Shown here: positions 1-8,250 of the stretch, piece after piece
Position numbering within the stretch: position 1 is the first letter of the stretch
How the letters are laid out: each line of letters starts with the position of its first letter
IMG/VR virus record: IMGVR_UViG_3300028738_000008
Direction: 5' to 3' (one strand)
From: a virus
Lineage: Duplodnaviria > Caudoviricetes
DNA length: 64,000 nucleotides
Notes under the pieces: generated by a model
Databases searched by the model: none
Seen by the model: only the letters and a program-made list of their open reading frames with translations
Told to the model about the DNA's origin: nothing
Translations under genes and position numbers: made by a program

Positions 1-723
1 ATTGGCATCCAGTTTGTATCAGATATTGATCTGACTAAAACAGAAGCTGAGATTGTTCGTTTTAATAATGACAACAATTCGGATTATTGTGAAAGCTATA
101 ATATTTTGATTCAGGACGTTGAAACGCTTGGTGAACATCTAATGAGTCAGGTTTACAAGATTAGGGCATTTTCAATCCTTAAGCCTGAAACCTGCACAGA
201 AGATAATATCATGTCAGAGTATGATTTTTATTCACACATATGCGACGGAGAAGTTAGACGAGGACACCCAGAAGGTGCAATTGTATATCATATCAAAGAG
301 GTATTCGACAATATCGACAAGTACAACGAAGGCGATAACGAGAGATACGTGTTGAGGGAAATTGCACTAGTTCATGACAGCTTTAAGTATAAGGTCGATA
401 GATCACAGCCTAGAGTCGGCGATAATCATCATGGAGCAATTGCAAAAAACTTTGCAATGAAATTCATAAACGAATTACGAATACTGCTTATAATTGAAAC
501 ACATGACGATGCTTACAATGCATGGAATAGCGGCTCACGCAATGGCGACTGGAAACGTGCCACAAGCAGAGCATTGGATTTGATAAGGAAACTAATTGTA
601 TTTGATGCACTTGATTTATATGTTAAGTTTTATAAATGCGACAATGAAACAGGCGATAAAACGCAAGAATGCCTTAAATGGTTTATCGATTTAATTAAAG
701 AATATAAAGAAAGAGCAATATGA
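1..723 (+). CDS. HD-domain phosphohydrolase (possibly 5'-truncated by window edge)
   Basis: Frame is open from position 1 (track start 106 is TTG; in-frame ATG at 142). Motifs GHPEG..H, LVHDSFK, HHG, THDD fit an HD metal-dependent phosphohydrolase. Confidence 0.6.
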   Translation: MGIQFVSDIDLTKTEAEIVRFNNDNNSDYCESYNILIQDVETLGEHLMSQVYKIRAFSILKPETCTEDNIMSEYDFYSHICDGEVRRGHPEGAIVYHIKEVFDNIDKYNEGDNERYVLREIALVHDSFKYKVDRSQPRVGDNHHGAIAKNFAMKFINELRILLIIETHDDAYNAWNSGSRNGDWKRATSRALDLIRKLIVFDALDLYVKFYKCDNETGDKTQECLKWFIDLIKEYKERAI

Positions 724-1154
724 AAACACCAATCTGTTCCATTAAGCATTTTGAAAAACTGCTTAGACAATTCGAAAAAATGGCAAATAAGCAAATCGTT
801 GCGAACATAGTCCATGAAGAAACATACCAGCCAAAAGCAGGTACATACCTATCATTACCAGAATACCTGAGTTCAAAGGAAACTTTTAACACCGATGTAT
901 TGCACATAGCATTGTTTGATTCGTTGTTACCGAGGTTTAAGGCTGATAAGTTCAAAACAAAATCTGAATTTAAGATTAGCTACGGCGAAACAAGGTTCTT
1001 TGTGTCATATACGGTCGAAGACTCAAATCATAACAGAATGTTTATGAGCGACGAAAATTACGACATAATCGACAAATTTATTGTTTTCAGAGTATATTGT
1101 CAATATTCACAAAAAAGATTGCTGGCACGATGGAGTATCCCAATAACTTGGTAA
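720..1154 (+). CDS. hypothetical protein
   Basis: 144-aa ORF, ATGA-coupled to the upstream gene; no recognised motif. Confidence 0.6.
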   Translation: MKTPICSIKHFEKLLRQFEKMANKQIVANIVHEETYQPKAGTYLSLPEYLSSKETFNTDVLHIALFDSLLPRFKADKFKTKSEFKISYGETRFFVSYTVEDSNHNRMFMSDENYDIIDKFIVFRVYCQYSQKRLLARWSIPITW

Positions 1155-1642
1155 AAGAGTGGTTCGTATTCACAGACATTGATGGAGTACTTTCAACAAG
1201 TAAACAATATTTCATGAAAAATCTCCATCCAAAATATCAATGTTACAAATTTGATCCTGAGTGCTCAAAAATTTACAATGATATAGTCAATGTTATGAAT
1301 GCGCACATTGTACTTACCAGCGATTGGAGAGAGCAATTTACAATTGACGAAATGAATGATATTTTTCATTGGTCTGGAATTAATCATACTATATCAGATA
1401 TTACGATTTCGTTAATGGGTGCAACATATTTCATGGAACAAGAATTGGCGATTTGTAGAGCACATGAAATATTGGAGTATGTGCATCGTTTCAAGATTAA
1501 AAAATTCATCGTCATCGATGATCTCGATTTATCGCCTTGGCTGAAAAACAATTTTGTACAATGTCCCAGATACGGCGAAGGCATTAAACAAACAGGAATA
1601 AAAGAAAAGATTTTAAATAAGTTTTTAAGTAATGATATCTAA
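1130..1642 (+). CDS. HAD-family phosphatase (Swiss-Army-Knife RNA-repair-like HAD)
   Basis: Motif I FTDIDGVL, motif II VLTSDWR, motif IV IVIDDLD. ATG at 1130 preferred over the track's TTG at 1097. Confidence 0.75.
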   Translation: MEYPNNLVKEWFVFTDIDGVLSTSKQYFMKNLHPKYQCYKFDPECSKIYNDIVNVMNAHIVLTSDWREQFTIDEMNDIFHWSGINHTISDITISLMGATYFMEQELAICRAHEILEYVHRFKIKKFIVIDDLDLSPWLKNNFVQCPRYGEGIKQTGIKEKILNKFLSNDI

Positions 1643-3011
1643 ATTGAATAACATGAATGTAGATTTGAGCGTAAACAAGTTAGTTGTTTATCAGACAAAA
1701 GACAGTGAATTTAAAGGTTTTTTGTTGAAAGACAATGGCAGTTACAGTATTAAGGTAATTGAAACCACACGTGGCATTGTAAAAGTTGGCGACGTATTCG
1801 AAATGATGGAAAAGGATTTGACGAACATTGTCCAGTCTGAGTATCCCAAACTAATGGCGGTTAGCATGAAATCATGGCATTATCGTCTTGTAAAGTATGT
1901 GCTTGGGAGCAATGCTCCTACGCCGAAAACAATGCATAATGGCTGTCCTTATTTCTGGTTATTGATTTTCTCATTGATTACCTGCCCATTTGTTTTACTT
2001 GGGAGTGTTATTTCGAAAGTTTTCGGTTTTATCGGAGCAGGTATTGAATACGTAATGAATGCTTTGGTAGATCATTGGCTTGAAAATTTGAATGATTCAG
2101 AGATTTATGACTACTCGCAAAATGATGGCGACTATTATAAACCAAATGCACTTACGAAAGCCATATCAGGTAATAAATATAATGCATTTGACCGTTTCGT
2201 ATTTTTAAAATATGGTATTGATAAAGATACTAACTATGCTAAATATCGTGAACAAACGACAGTTATTTTTAACAAATGGCGTGAATGGCGTAACGAATTA
2301 AATGAAAAAGAAAGCCTATATCGTATTCAGTATCAGAAGAATTTAGCTAAGAAAAGAATTAGCGATGAAAAATGGAGAAAAAGAACTCAACCAATTAAAG
2401 ATGGTATTGCCAATGCAATGTCGAGTATTGTCGATTTCTTTACGAAAATACAAAAATCCTTTACTGGTAATAATAATCTTGTAAAAAGAACTAAAGAATT
2501 CGTTGGTTTTTTTGTTACAGGACTCATGTTAACAATAACATTAGGTATTGTGTCTGGAATTGCCGCATTAATTATTTTACTCTCAGATGTATTGTCGGGT
2601 AGTTGGGGAACAATTTTCGTGGTATTTATGTATATACTTGCAATCGTTGCCGCTGTATTCGCAGTATTTTTCTTAGCAACATTAGTAGCGGGCTTTATTG
2701 ATAAATGTAAAAGTAATAGGAATGCATGGTATTCGAAAATATTATTATCAGCAGTTTTCGCCCCTATTGTTAATATTGGTAAGTTTGTTGCATATTGCGT
2801 ATTTTATATAGTGTTTATTCCATTAAAGTTTATTATCTTTGACGTTATCTGGAAAATCGTTTGTGTAAAGATCATCGCAGGTACTTGCATTGGATTGTTT
2901 AATGTTACAATTAACTCTGGTGGTATATTTACAGAATACTTTAGAGCAAGTTACAGTGACTACTGCCCTGGAATTGAATGGATTGATACCGATGAAAAGA
3001 AAAAAATTTAA
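1632..3011 (+). CDS. multi-pass membrane protein, unknown function
   Basis: 459 aa with several long hydrophobic segments separated by a charged, helical-looking region. Confidence 0.65.
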   Translation: MISKLNNMNVDLSVNKLVVYQTKDSEFKGFLLKDNGSYSIKVIETTRGIVKVGDVFEMMEKDLTNIVQSEYPKLMAVSMKSWHYRLVKYVLGSNAPTPKTMHNGCPYFWLLIFSLITCPFVLLGSVISKVFGFIGAGIEYVMNALVDHWLENLNDSEIYDYSQNDGDYYKPNALTKAISGNKYNAFDRFVFLKYGIDKDTNYAKYREQTTVIFNKWREWRNELNEKESLYRIQYQKNLAKKRISDEKWRKRTQPIKDGIANAMSSIVDFFTKIQKSFTGNNNLVKRTKEFVGFFVTGLMLTITLGIVSGIAALIILLSDVLSGSWGTIFVVFMYILAIVAAVFAVFFLATLVAGFIDKCKSNRNAWYSKILLSAVFAPIVNIGKFVAYCVFYIVFIPLKFIIFDVIWKIVCVKIIAGTCIGLFNVTINSGGIFTEYFRASYSDYCPGIEWIDTDEKKKI

Positions 3012-3026
3012 TTAAAAATAAGAATC

Positions 3027-3614
3027 ATGTATACATTTTTAGTAGTTTCCATAGTAACAATTTTGATCTCAATATGCTTCTTCAAAGGCAATACATGGGA
3101 TAAAAGACTTTTCATCCTTGGCGTTATAGCCATCTTAACAATGGTATCATTTGTCGTAATTGACTTATCGACGAGAGACAAAAACAAGGTTAAAATAAGT
3201 TATGACACAAAGCTCGAATTAGTCAGTCTAAAATTTGGTGGCGATACAATTGACATCATTAAGAAATATGCTGTTTACGATATTTATAAAATCTATAACA
3301 AGATTATCTATAAAAAAACGTATAACACACATTTAGTGTTTATGATCAGCGGTGGCGATACAACTGTTTATTATTCGACGAACGGAAAGGATGTTTTGTC
3401 AAAAGAAATCTCAAAGGTATATTTTCGCAAAAACCCTGATAATAATGATGCCTTTTCAATCATAAAGATCGTCGAATATGACAGGAATCGAAATAGGTTT
3501 TATAATCCGTTTGCTCTTAACAGATATCTCACCCATACCGTACTTGTATTGCCAAAAGCTGAATTTGATATGATTCCAAAAAGCTTTATCAGACCTGAAA
3601 TATTCTTCAAATGA
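3027..3614 (+). CDS. membrane-anchored hypothetical protein
   Basis: Two N-terminal hydrophobic helices followed by a soluble domain. Confidence 0.6.
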   Translation: MYTFLVVSIVTILISICFFKGNTWDKRLFILGVIAILTMVSFVVIDLSTRDKNKVKISYDTKLELVSLKFGGDTIDIIKKYAVYDIYKIYNKIIYKKTYNTHLVFMISGGDTTVYYSTNGKDVLSKEISKVYFRKNPDNNDAFSIIKIVEYDRNRNRFYNPFALNRYLTHTVLVLPKAEFDMIPKSFIRPEIFFK

Positions 3615-3862
3615 AAACAAGTCTACTAAAAGTCGTCCTTTGCAAAGAAAAATTGCACTGGCACAGGATTATCGAAATCTACGGTAAATTTGACAACATT
3701 TTTGCAAGTGTTATAGCTGGCACAATTGTATCGATTTTGTTCTCTATAGGTCATTATTGCCACGTTGTTATGCATGTTTTATTTGAATCCTTCTTGTACG
3801 TATTCTATCGTAGCATGTTTAAGAGTAATTTAATAAAACTCTCAGCAACCTGTAAGTTTTAA
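3611..3862 (+). CDS. small hypothetical protein (one hydrophobic segment)
   Basis: ATGA-coupled to the upstream gene; 83 aa. Confidence 0.45.
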   Translation: MKTSLLKVVLCKEKLHWHRIIEIYGKFDNIFASVIAGTIVSILFSIGHYCHVVMHVLFESFLYVFYRSMFKSNLIKLSATCKF

Positions 3863-3894
3863 GAAATGCACATTGTACATGATTTATAAATTAA

Positions 3895-3929
3895 GAAACG
3901 CTGATGGTTATAGTGATCATCAGCGTTTC
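3895..3929. terminator. stem-loop, probable intrinsic terminator
   Basis: gaaacgctgatg (3895-3906) / catcagcgtttc (3918-3929): perfect 12-bp inverted repeat followed by a short T run. Confidence 0.55.
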
Positions 3930-3948
3930 CTTTAAAATACAAAATATA

Positions 3949-4179
3949 ATGAAATCAATACTTATTTATATAGCACTGCTATTTGTAGAATCAATAGCTG
4001 TCGCAGGTGTCATATTCGCAATCTATTTCTACTATGTAAAAACGAAATACAATATATCGATTGAGTATATCGATATGGTCTACGTTGTATTCTCAATAAA
4101 AATAATAACAACCAATTTCATTGCATTTATAAGTGCTGTAAATGATATTGAACCTGAACAAGTTGATACAAAACAATAA
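3949..4179 (+). CDS. small two-helix membrane protein
   Basis: ATG at 3949 (MKSILIY) lies after the hairpin; the track's extension to 3904 runs through the hairpin. Confidence 0.55.
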   Translation: MKSILIYIALLFVESIAVAGVIFAIYFYYVKTKYNISIEYIDMVYVVFSIKIITTNFIAFISAVNDIEPEQVDTKQ

Positions 4180-4183
4180 ATAT

Positions 4184-4399
4184 ATGTTATACCACAAGGA
4201 CAATTCAAGAATCACCGTCAAGTATATCGACGCTGACACCGAAGAAACAATCTTCGAGATTCCTAACAGGAATCACACAAATATTGGAGAGTTATTCTCC
4301 GATTTCTATGCTAGTTCAATAATGCAGAATGAGATCAAGGACGGTAACTTTCCCAAAAAAATAATTATATTAGCAGCTATTGAATTAACACACGAATAA
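4184..4399 (+). CDS. hypothetical protein
   Basis: In-frame ATG at 4184 (MLYHKD) just after the upstream stop; track start is 4142. Confidence 0.55.
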   Translation: MLYHKDNSRITVKYIDADTEETIFEIPNRNHTNIGELFSDFYASSIMQNEIKDGNFPKKIIILAAIELTHE

Positions 4400-4400
4400 T

Positions 4401-4715
4401 ATGATAAACGAAGAAAATTATAGCCGATTTGTCTTTTTTAAGAATGAACATATGCGTGACGGCGGCAAATTTCCATTAGAAACTGCTTTAACTGAATTAG
4501 TGAAAATATGTATTATGACTAAAGAGTATAAGCTTTATTATGGTGGTGGCTGTGAATATGAGACAATAAATCCCATAAGCGTATATGATGTTGTCTGCTA
4601 TTTTGGAATAACAGGAGACCCCTACTTTATGGTGTGTATGGATAATGAGCAAGGTGATTGCTGCGACTTATATCGTTGCAATGCTAACTGCAAGATTGAG
4701 AATAAATTAATATAA
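4401..4715 (+). CDS. Cys-containing hypothetical protein
   Basis: 104-aa ORF tightly packed in the operon. Confidence 0.55.
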   Translation: MINEENYSRFVFFKNEHMRDGGKFPLETALTELVKICIMTKEYKLYYGGGCEYETINPISVYDVVCYFGITGDPYFMVCMDNEQGDCCDLYRCNANCKIENKLI

Positions 4716-4723
4716 TAAATCAT

Positions 4724-5053
4724 ATGAGAACAAAATTAATAACTGGTCACGTGGAGCATTATTCTCCAGAAGACCCTAGCAAAGAGCTTGGTGTCTTTAT
4801 CAACTATAACATCGATGGAACTAATTTAAAATTCGAAGCCTCTATTCCATACATTTTTAAAAACGGAAATTATATCTTCTTTGAAACATTGATGGTGATG
4901 TTTGACTACTTCCTAAATGGCAACGTTTATTTGAAACGAGCCTATTTGCCAGAAGATGAATTCGACGCATTGTATGACGCTAAATTCATTGACGGCTTAT
5001 TTGTCGATAAGCTAGACTGGATAGACGGTTCAAGTGCCGAAAATCCGAACTAA
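4724..5053 (+). CDS. hypothetical protein
   Basis: 109-aa ORF ending immediately before a terminator. Confidence 0.6.
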   Translation: MRTKLITGHVEHYSPEDPSKELGVFINYNIDGTNLKFEASIPYIFKNGNYIFFETLMVMFDYFLNGNVYLKRAYLPEDEFDALYDAKFIDGLFVDKLDWIDGSSAENPN

Positions 5054-5088
5054 AAAAAGGGAAGCAAATTAAATTTGCTTCCCTTTTT
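5054..5088. terminator. bidirectional intrinsic terminator
   Basis: aaaaagggaagcaaatt / aatttgcttcccttttt: perfect 17-bp inverted repeat with A and T tails, between convergent genes. Confidence 0.8.
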
Positions 5089-5108
5089 CATTTGTACAAT
5101 GTACCGAA

Positions 5109-5858
5109 TTATAATTGACTAAGTTCATTCATAATTCGCAATGCAACATTAACCTTTGTCATGGATTGCATTGCCACCCATTTAATAGTTTTATCATGAT
5201 CTATAGCAATGTTTCCCCAAAAATGCTTTGATAAGTCCTGATCATCATAGATTTCAACCGTGTTCTTTAAACCTAAGAATTCTGAAATTACAGAGACTGT
5301 GCTTGTAGCACTTCCACCGAACTTCCAAACTTCCTCAACGTCAATAACCAAATCGCCTTCCCAAGGTTTTGACGACAACATTTCCTTTATGACTACTGGC
5401 AATTTAACAGGCTTGCTAAACGTAGCCTTGTTAACTAGATATCGTTTGATTAGAAGCGGAATCTTATGTTTAGACAAACCGAATCCGCATAATATCGGTG
5501 CTTTATTGCCTGTAGCTTCTAAATCATTCAAATAAGTTAAAAATGTTTCAATGATCAAATCTTCACCAGAACCTGCAATTTTTTGGAAGTTTCTTTTTAT
5601 CTCTCCGTTAACCATTCCCATTGTGCCATAAGATATGGCGACAATTTTACAAAATTCAGGATACTTCACAGCAGATGTTTCGTAGGGAAAACTGAATTCA
5701 TCCCTGTAGCCACTCCTGATCTGCATCCACTGATCATACATGCCTTTGTTGCCACTTTCAAGGGCATCTAGCGTGGGATACTCTAACACACTATCTATCG
5801 ATACAAATAACATCTGATAGATGTTTGCACGATTAAAAACCGTTTTAATTAAGTCCAT
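5109..5858 (-). CDS. PolB-exonuclease-like (DnaQ-fold) protein, catalytic acidic residues apparently lost
   Basis: PEFCKIVAISYG, LCGF..., KPWE...IDVEEVWKFG and LGL match the stand-alone 3'-5' exonuclease family, but ExoI/II/III read SID, HK and TK. Start reassigned to ATG 5858 (MDLIK) below a host-type promoter. Confidence 0.6.
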   Translation of the reverse strand: MDLIKTVFNRANIYQMLFVSIDSVLEYPTLDALESGNKGMYDQWMQIRSGYRDEFSFPYETSAVKYPEFCKIVAISYGTMGMVNGEIKRNFQKIAGSGEDLIIETFLTYLNDLEATGNKAPILCGFGLSKHKIPLLIKRYLVNKATFSKPVKLPVVIKEMLSSKPWEGDLVIDVEEVWKFGGSATSTVSVISEFLGLKNTVEIYDDQDLSKHFWGNIAIDHDKTIKWVAMQSMTKVNVALRIMNELSQL

Positions 5859-5884
5859 ATTATTACAATTATTTATATTTTTTA

Positions 5885-5915
5885 CAAAGATAGGGTATTT
5901 ATATGAAATGGACAA
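5885..5915 (-). promoter_or_regulatory. Bacteroidota-type primary-sigma promoter
   Basis: Minus strand reads TTG-N20-TATCTTTG, upstream of the gene starting at 5858. Confidence 0.55.
5895..5903 (+). promoter_or_regulatory. putative phage late promoter (GTATTTATA)
   Basis: Same motif as before many - strand genes, here on the + strand 4 nt before ATG 5908. Confidence 0.55.
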
Positions 5916-6372
5916 GAAAATTACGCCTACACCGACAAATATTTCCAAAGGTTTTTGGAATGATATTATGACAGATAATAATTCAACTAGATATAGCATG
6001 ACTAAGGTTGGATCATTGATGGGTATGCTTATGATGTTTATCGTCATAATGGCATCTACGATAATCATGGTTGGTAAGCAAGAGATTGATCACGTGTTAA
6101 TCGTAGAGATAATCGGGTTTACTCTAACAGCGGTTGGCTATAAAAACGGCTTTGGGTTTAATGTTAGTAATAAAATTGGTAGTATGGACGCCGAAACCAT
6201 AAATGCCATCAATGCTATAAATAATAACAATAATGGCGTAGCAGGTGTCAACAACGTGATGCCAAAAATGCCTGATGTTCCAGCAATGCCTACGATAGCA
6301 ACGATACCAGTTGTGGCAGTTGCAGATATGCCGCCATCAAATTCACAGATAGAAGAAAATCCCCAGAATTAA
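5908..6372 (+). CDS. two-TM membrane protein, holin-like candidate
   Basis: YSMTKVGSLMG followed by two closely spaced hydrophobic helices and a low-complexity Asn/Pro/Met tail. Start at ATG 5908 after the late motif. Confidence 0.5.
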   Translation: MDKKITPTPTNISKGFWNDIMTDNNSTRYSMTKVGSLMGMLMMFIVIMASTIIMVGKQEIDHVLIVEIIGFTLTAVGYKNGFGFNVSNKIGSMDAETINAINAINNNNNGVAGVNNVMPKMPDVPAMPTIATIPVVAVADMPPSNSQIEENPQN

Positions 6373-6785
6373 CCAAGTATAAACTTGATTAATTTGAGGA
6401 TTATTGACTTGTTTTGCTCCTTTACTTTTGCGTATATCTCACTGATTTCAATAAGATCATAATTAAGTAAACTATATTCCTGATAATCCTTTGAATGCTT
6501 TAGAATGTATTCAATACATTCCATGCGTTTCTGTTCGCTTAATTGACGTTTAAGTTCCATGTTTTTAACCAAGTCATCGCCATAGCCTTCAATATCTCTG
6601 GCAAACATCGTCATAGACCTCTCATTTTCGCTTTTTATTTGCTTAATCTCGGCAACGTACATGCTTTTTGAAACTGGCTTGTCTGCGCCAATTTCTATGA
6701 CTTCTTCCAATAATTCCCTATCTTCGTCGCTTAAGGTATTAGACTTCTGGTTTTGGTTTAACTGGTTTTGGTTTTTTTGTGTCAT
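6369..6785 (-). CDS. hypothetical protein
   Basis: 138-aa charged, helical-looking ORF in the - strand run. Confidence 0.6.
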   Translation of the reverse strand: MTQKNQNQLNQNQKSNTLSDEDRELLEEVIEIGADKPVSKSMYVAEIKQIKSENERSMTMFARDIEGYGDDLVKNMELKRQLSEQKRMECIEYILKHSKDYQEYSLLNYDLIEISEIYAKVKEQNKSIILKLIKFILG

Positions 6786-7164
6786 CGGCTTTAAATGAAT
6801 TTTCTCTCATTTCGTCTAATTCTCTATAAAATTGCGATGCTTCCTCTTGTAAGTCCTTTTTTATGTTTGCCATTTTTGCTGCGAACAATGCTTCCTTTTC
6901 AGCAATCTTTTTATTTGTTTTTATAAGCATCTTAACAAAATCAACAAGCGTATCGAGTCCTATGTCTTGCTTGGTCGGTGAAACAACAATAAGCTTGCCT
7001 TCTTCTGACTCGCCCACAATCTCACAATTCACCATTGGGTTTCCAACGATAGCCCATTTAGCTGGAACGCCTATTTCTAATTCGTACCATCCCTCGACAG
7101 TATTTCTACTTATTGTAATAAGGACGCCTTCCAAAGGTTCTAATAACTTTTCTAGTCTATCCAT
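6739..7164 (-). CDS. hypothetical protein
   Basis: ATG 7164 (MDRLEK) follows the upstream stop at 7167; C-terminal coiled-coil-like and Lys/Pro-rich tail. Confidence 0.6.
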   Translation of the reverse strand: MDRLEKLLEPLEGVLITISRNTVEGWYELEIGVPAKWAIVGNPMVNCEIVGESEEGKLIVVSPTKQDIGLDTLVDFVKMLIKTNKKIAEKEALFAAKMANIKKDLQEEASQFYRELDEMRENSFKADDTKKPKPVKPKPEV

Positions 7165-7166
7165 AA

Positions 7167-7367
7167 TTAAAATATATAGCTTAGGAAAATTCCAATGGAA
7201 AACCATAGAATTAATTTTTCGTATACAGATAAAATAAACTTGGTATCATTGCCCATTTTAATTTTACTATATGCTTTAACGGAAATGTCAATAACGATAT
7301 GCACTAAAAAAATAATTGACATAATAAATGCCAATTGATATGCCTCTTTCAAAATTTGTATAATCAT
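7167..7367 (-). CDS. small two-TM membrane protein
   Basis: 66 aa with two hydrophobic segments. Confidence 0.55.
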   Translation of the reverse strand: MIIQILKEAYQLAFIMSIIFLVHIVIDISVKAYSKIKMGNDTKFILSVYEKLILWFSIGIFLSYIF

Positions 7368-7383
7368 TTTATATATTTTTAAT

Positions 7384-7611
7384 TTATTTTTGGTCTTCTT
7401 GATAATTTTCTGGTTCGTTTTCCAAAAAATACTGATCTACCATTCCGATTTTTGAATTTATTAAAATAATTTCGCCAATAATGTGTAAAATGTTTTCAAG
7501 TTTTGCACGATAGCTAAGAGTTTGCGAATTTGCGCACTCATTTAATTCGATTTCTGCTAAATATTTTTCAGAAGATAGCTTACTTAGTAAATCATATTTT
7601 AAATTATCCAT
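7384..7611 (-). CDS. hypothetical protein
   Basis: 75-aa ORF. Confidence 0.55.
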   Translation of the reverse strand: MDNLKYDLLSKLSSEKYLAEIELNECANSQTLSYRAKLENILHIIGEIILINSKIGMVDQYFLENEPENYQEDQK

Positions 7612-7656
7612 TTTTTTTGTAAAAGTATAAATAATTTATAACAATTGCAAGTTGTT

Positions 7657-8088
7657 TTAAACTTTTTCAAGAATTTCTTTTTTTGGATTTAGAGATTTGT
7701 TAAAAATATTATAAATTTCGATCAAAATATTCATATCATTGCTATTTTTTTGATTTTTATAATTAAAAATGCCTCGCCAAAATTTATCTAACTTATGAAT
7801 GTCAATAGAATCCTTATCGGTTCGACCATCTGTTTTATAAACATGATGAATATAGAACGAATAGAAGTAGGACTTTAAATCAGCATTGTCCGAAAAAATG
7901 ATTTTCTCTTTTTCGAAACCTTTACACACTTCGTTATAGCACCAATTATAATGATTACACATATCGTCGCTATTACTTAGAGTTTTTACGTCTAAATAAT
8001 AATCATATATTTTATGTAATAAATTTATTGTGAAGTCACGATAAAGTTCCGCCCTAATTATTACGATTTTTACTTTCTGATCTGCCAT
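7657..8088 (-). CDS. hypothetical protein
   Basis: ATG 8088 (MADQK) lies downstream of the host-type promoter at 8119-8149; the track's start at 8148 overlaps that promoter. Confidence 0.6.
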   Translation of the reverse strand: MADQKVKIVIIRAELYRDFTINLLHKIYDYYLDVKTLSNSDDMCNHYNWCYNEVCKGFEKEKIIFSDNADLKSYFYSFYIHHVYKTDGRTDKDSIDIHKLDKFWRGIFNYKNQKNSNDMNILIEIYNIFNKSLNPKKEILEKV

Positions 8089-8118
8089 TGTTCTTATAGT
8101 TATTAAAATATTCTGATG

Positions 8119-8149
8119 CAAATATACTACAAATATCGATACCACCAAA
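8119..8149 (-). promoter_or_regulatory. Bacteroidota-type primary-sigma promoter
   Basis: Minus strand reads TTTG-N19-TATATTTG. Confidence 0.65.
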
Positions 8150-8180
8150 TTTTATATTCTAAAAAATGTTTTGTATAAAA

Positions 8181-8226
8181 AAACAGGATATCTAAGTATA
8201 AATAGTCATACTTAAATATCCTGTTT
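8181..8226. terminator. 19-bp stem-loop downstream of the 985-aa gene, overlapping a late-motif variant
   Basis: aaacaggatat-c-taagtat / atactta-a-atatcctgttt (one mismatch); tataaatag at 8197-8205. Confidence 0.6.
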
Positions 8227-8250
8227 CAAATAAAGTTTATGCGACAATTA

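Noticed and set aside
5859-6068. 319-aa version of the exonuclease-like ORF and 183-aa version of the holin-like ORF overlapping head-to-head
   Set aside because: Internal ATGs (5858, 5908) with their own promoter motifs remove the overlap. Similar N-terminal over-extensions were trimmed at 3904, 4142, 7206, 8148, 12533, 17231 and 58796.
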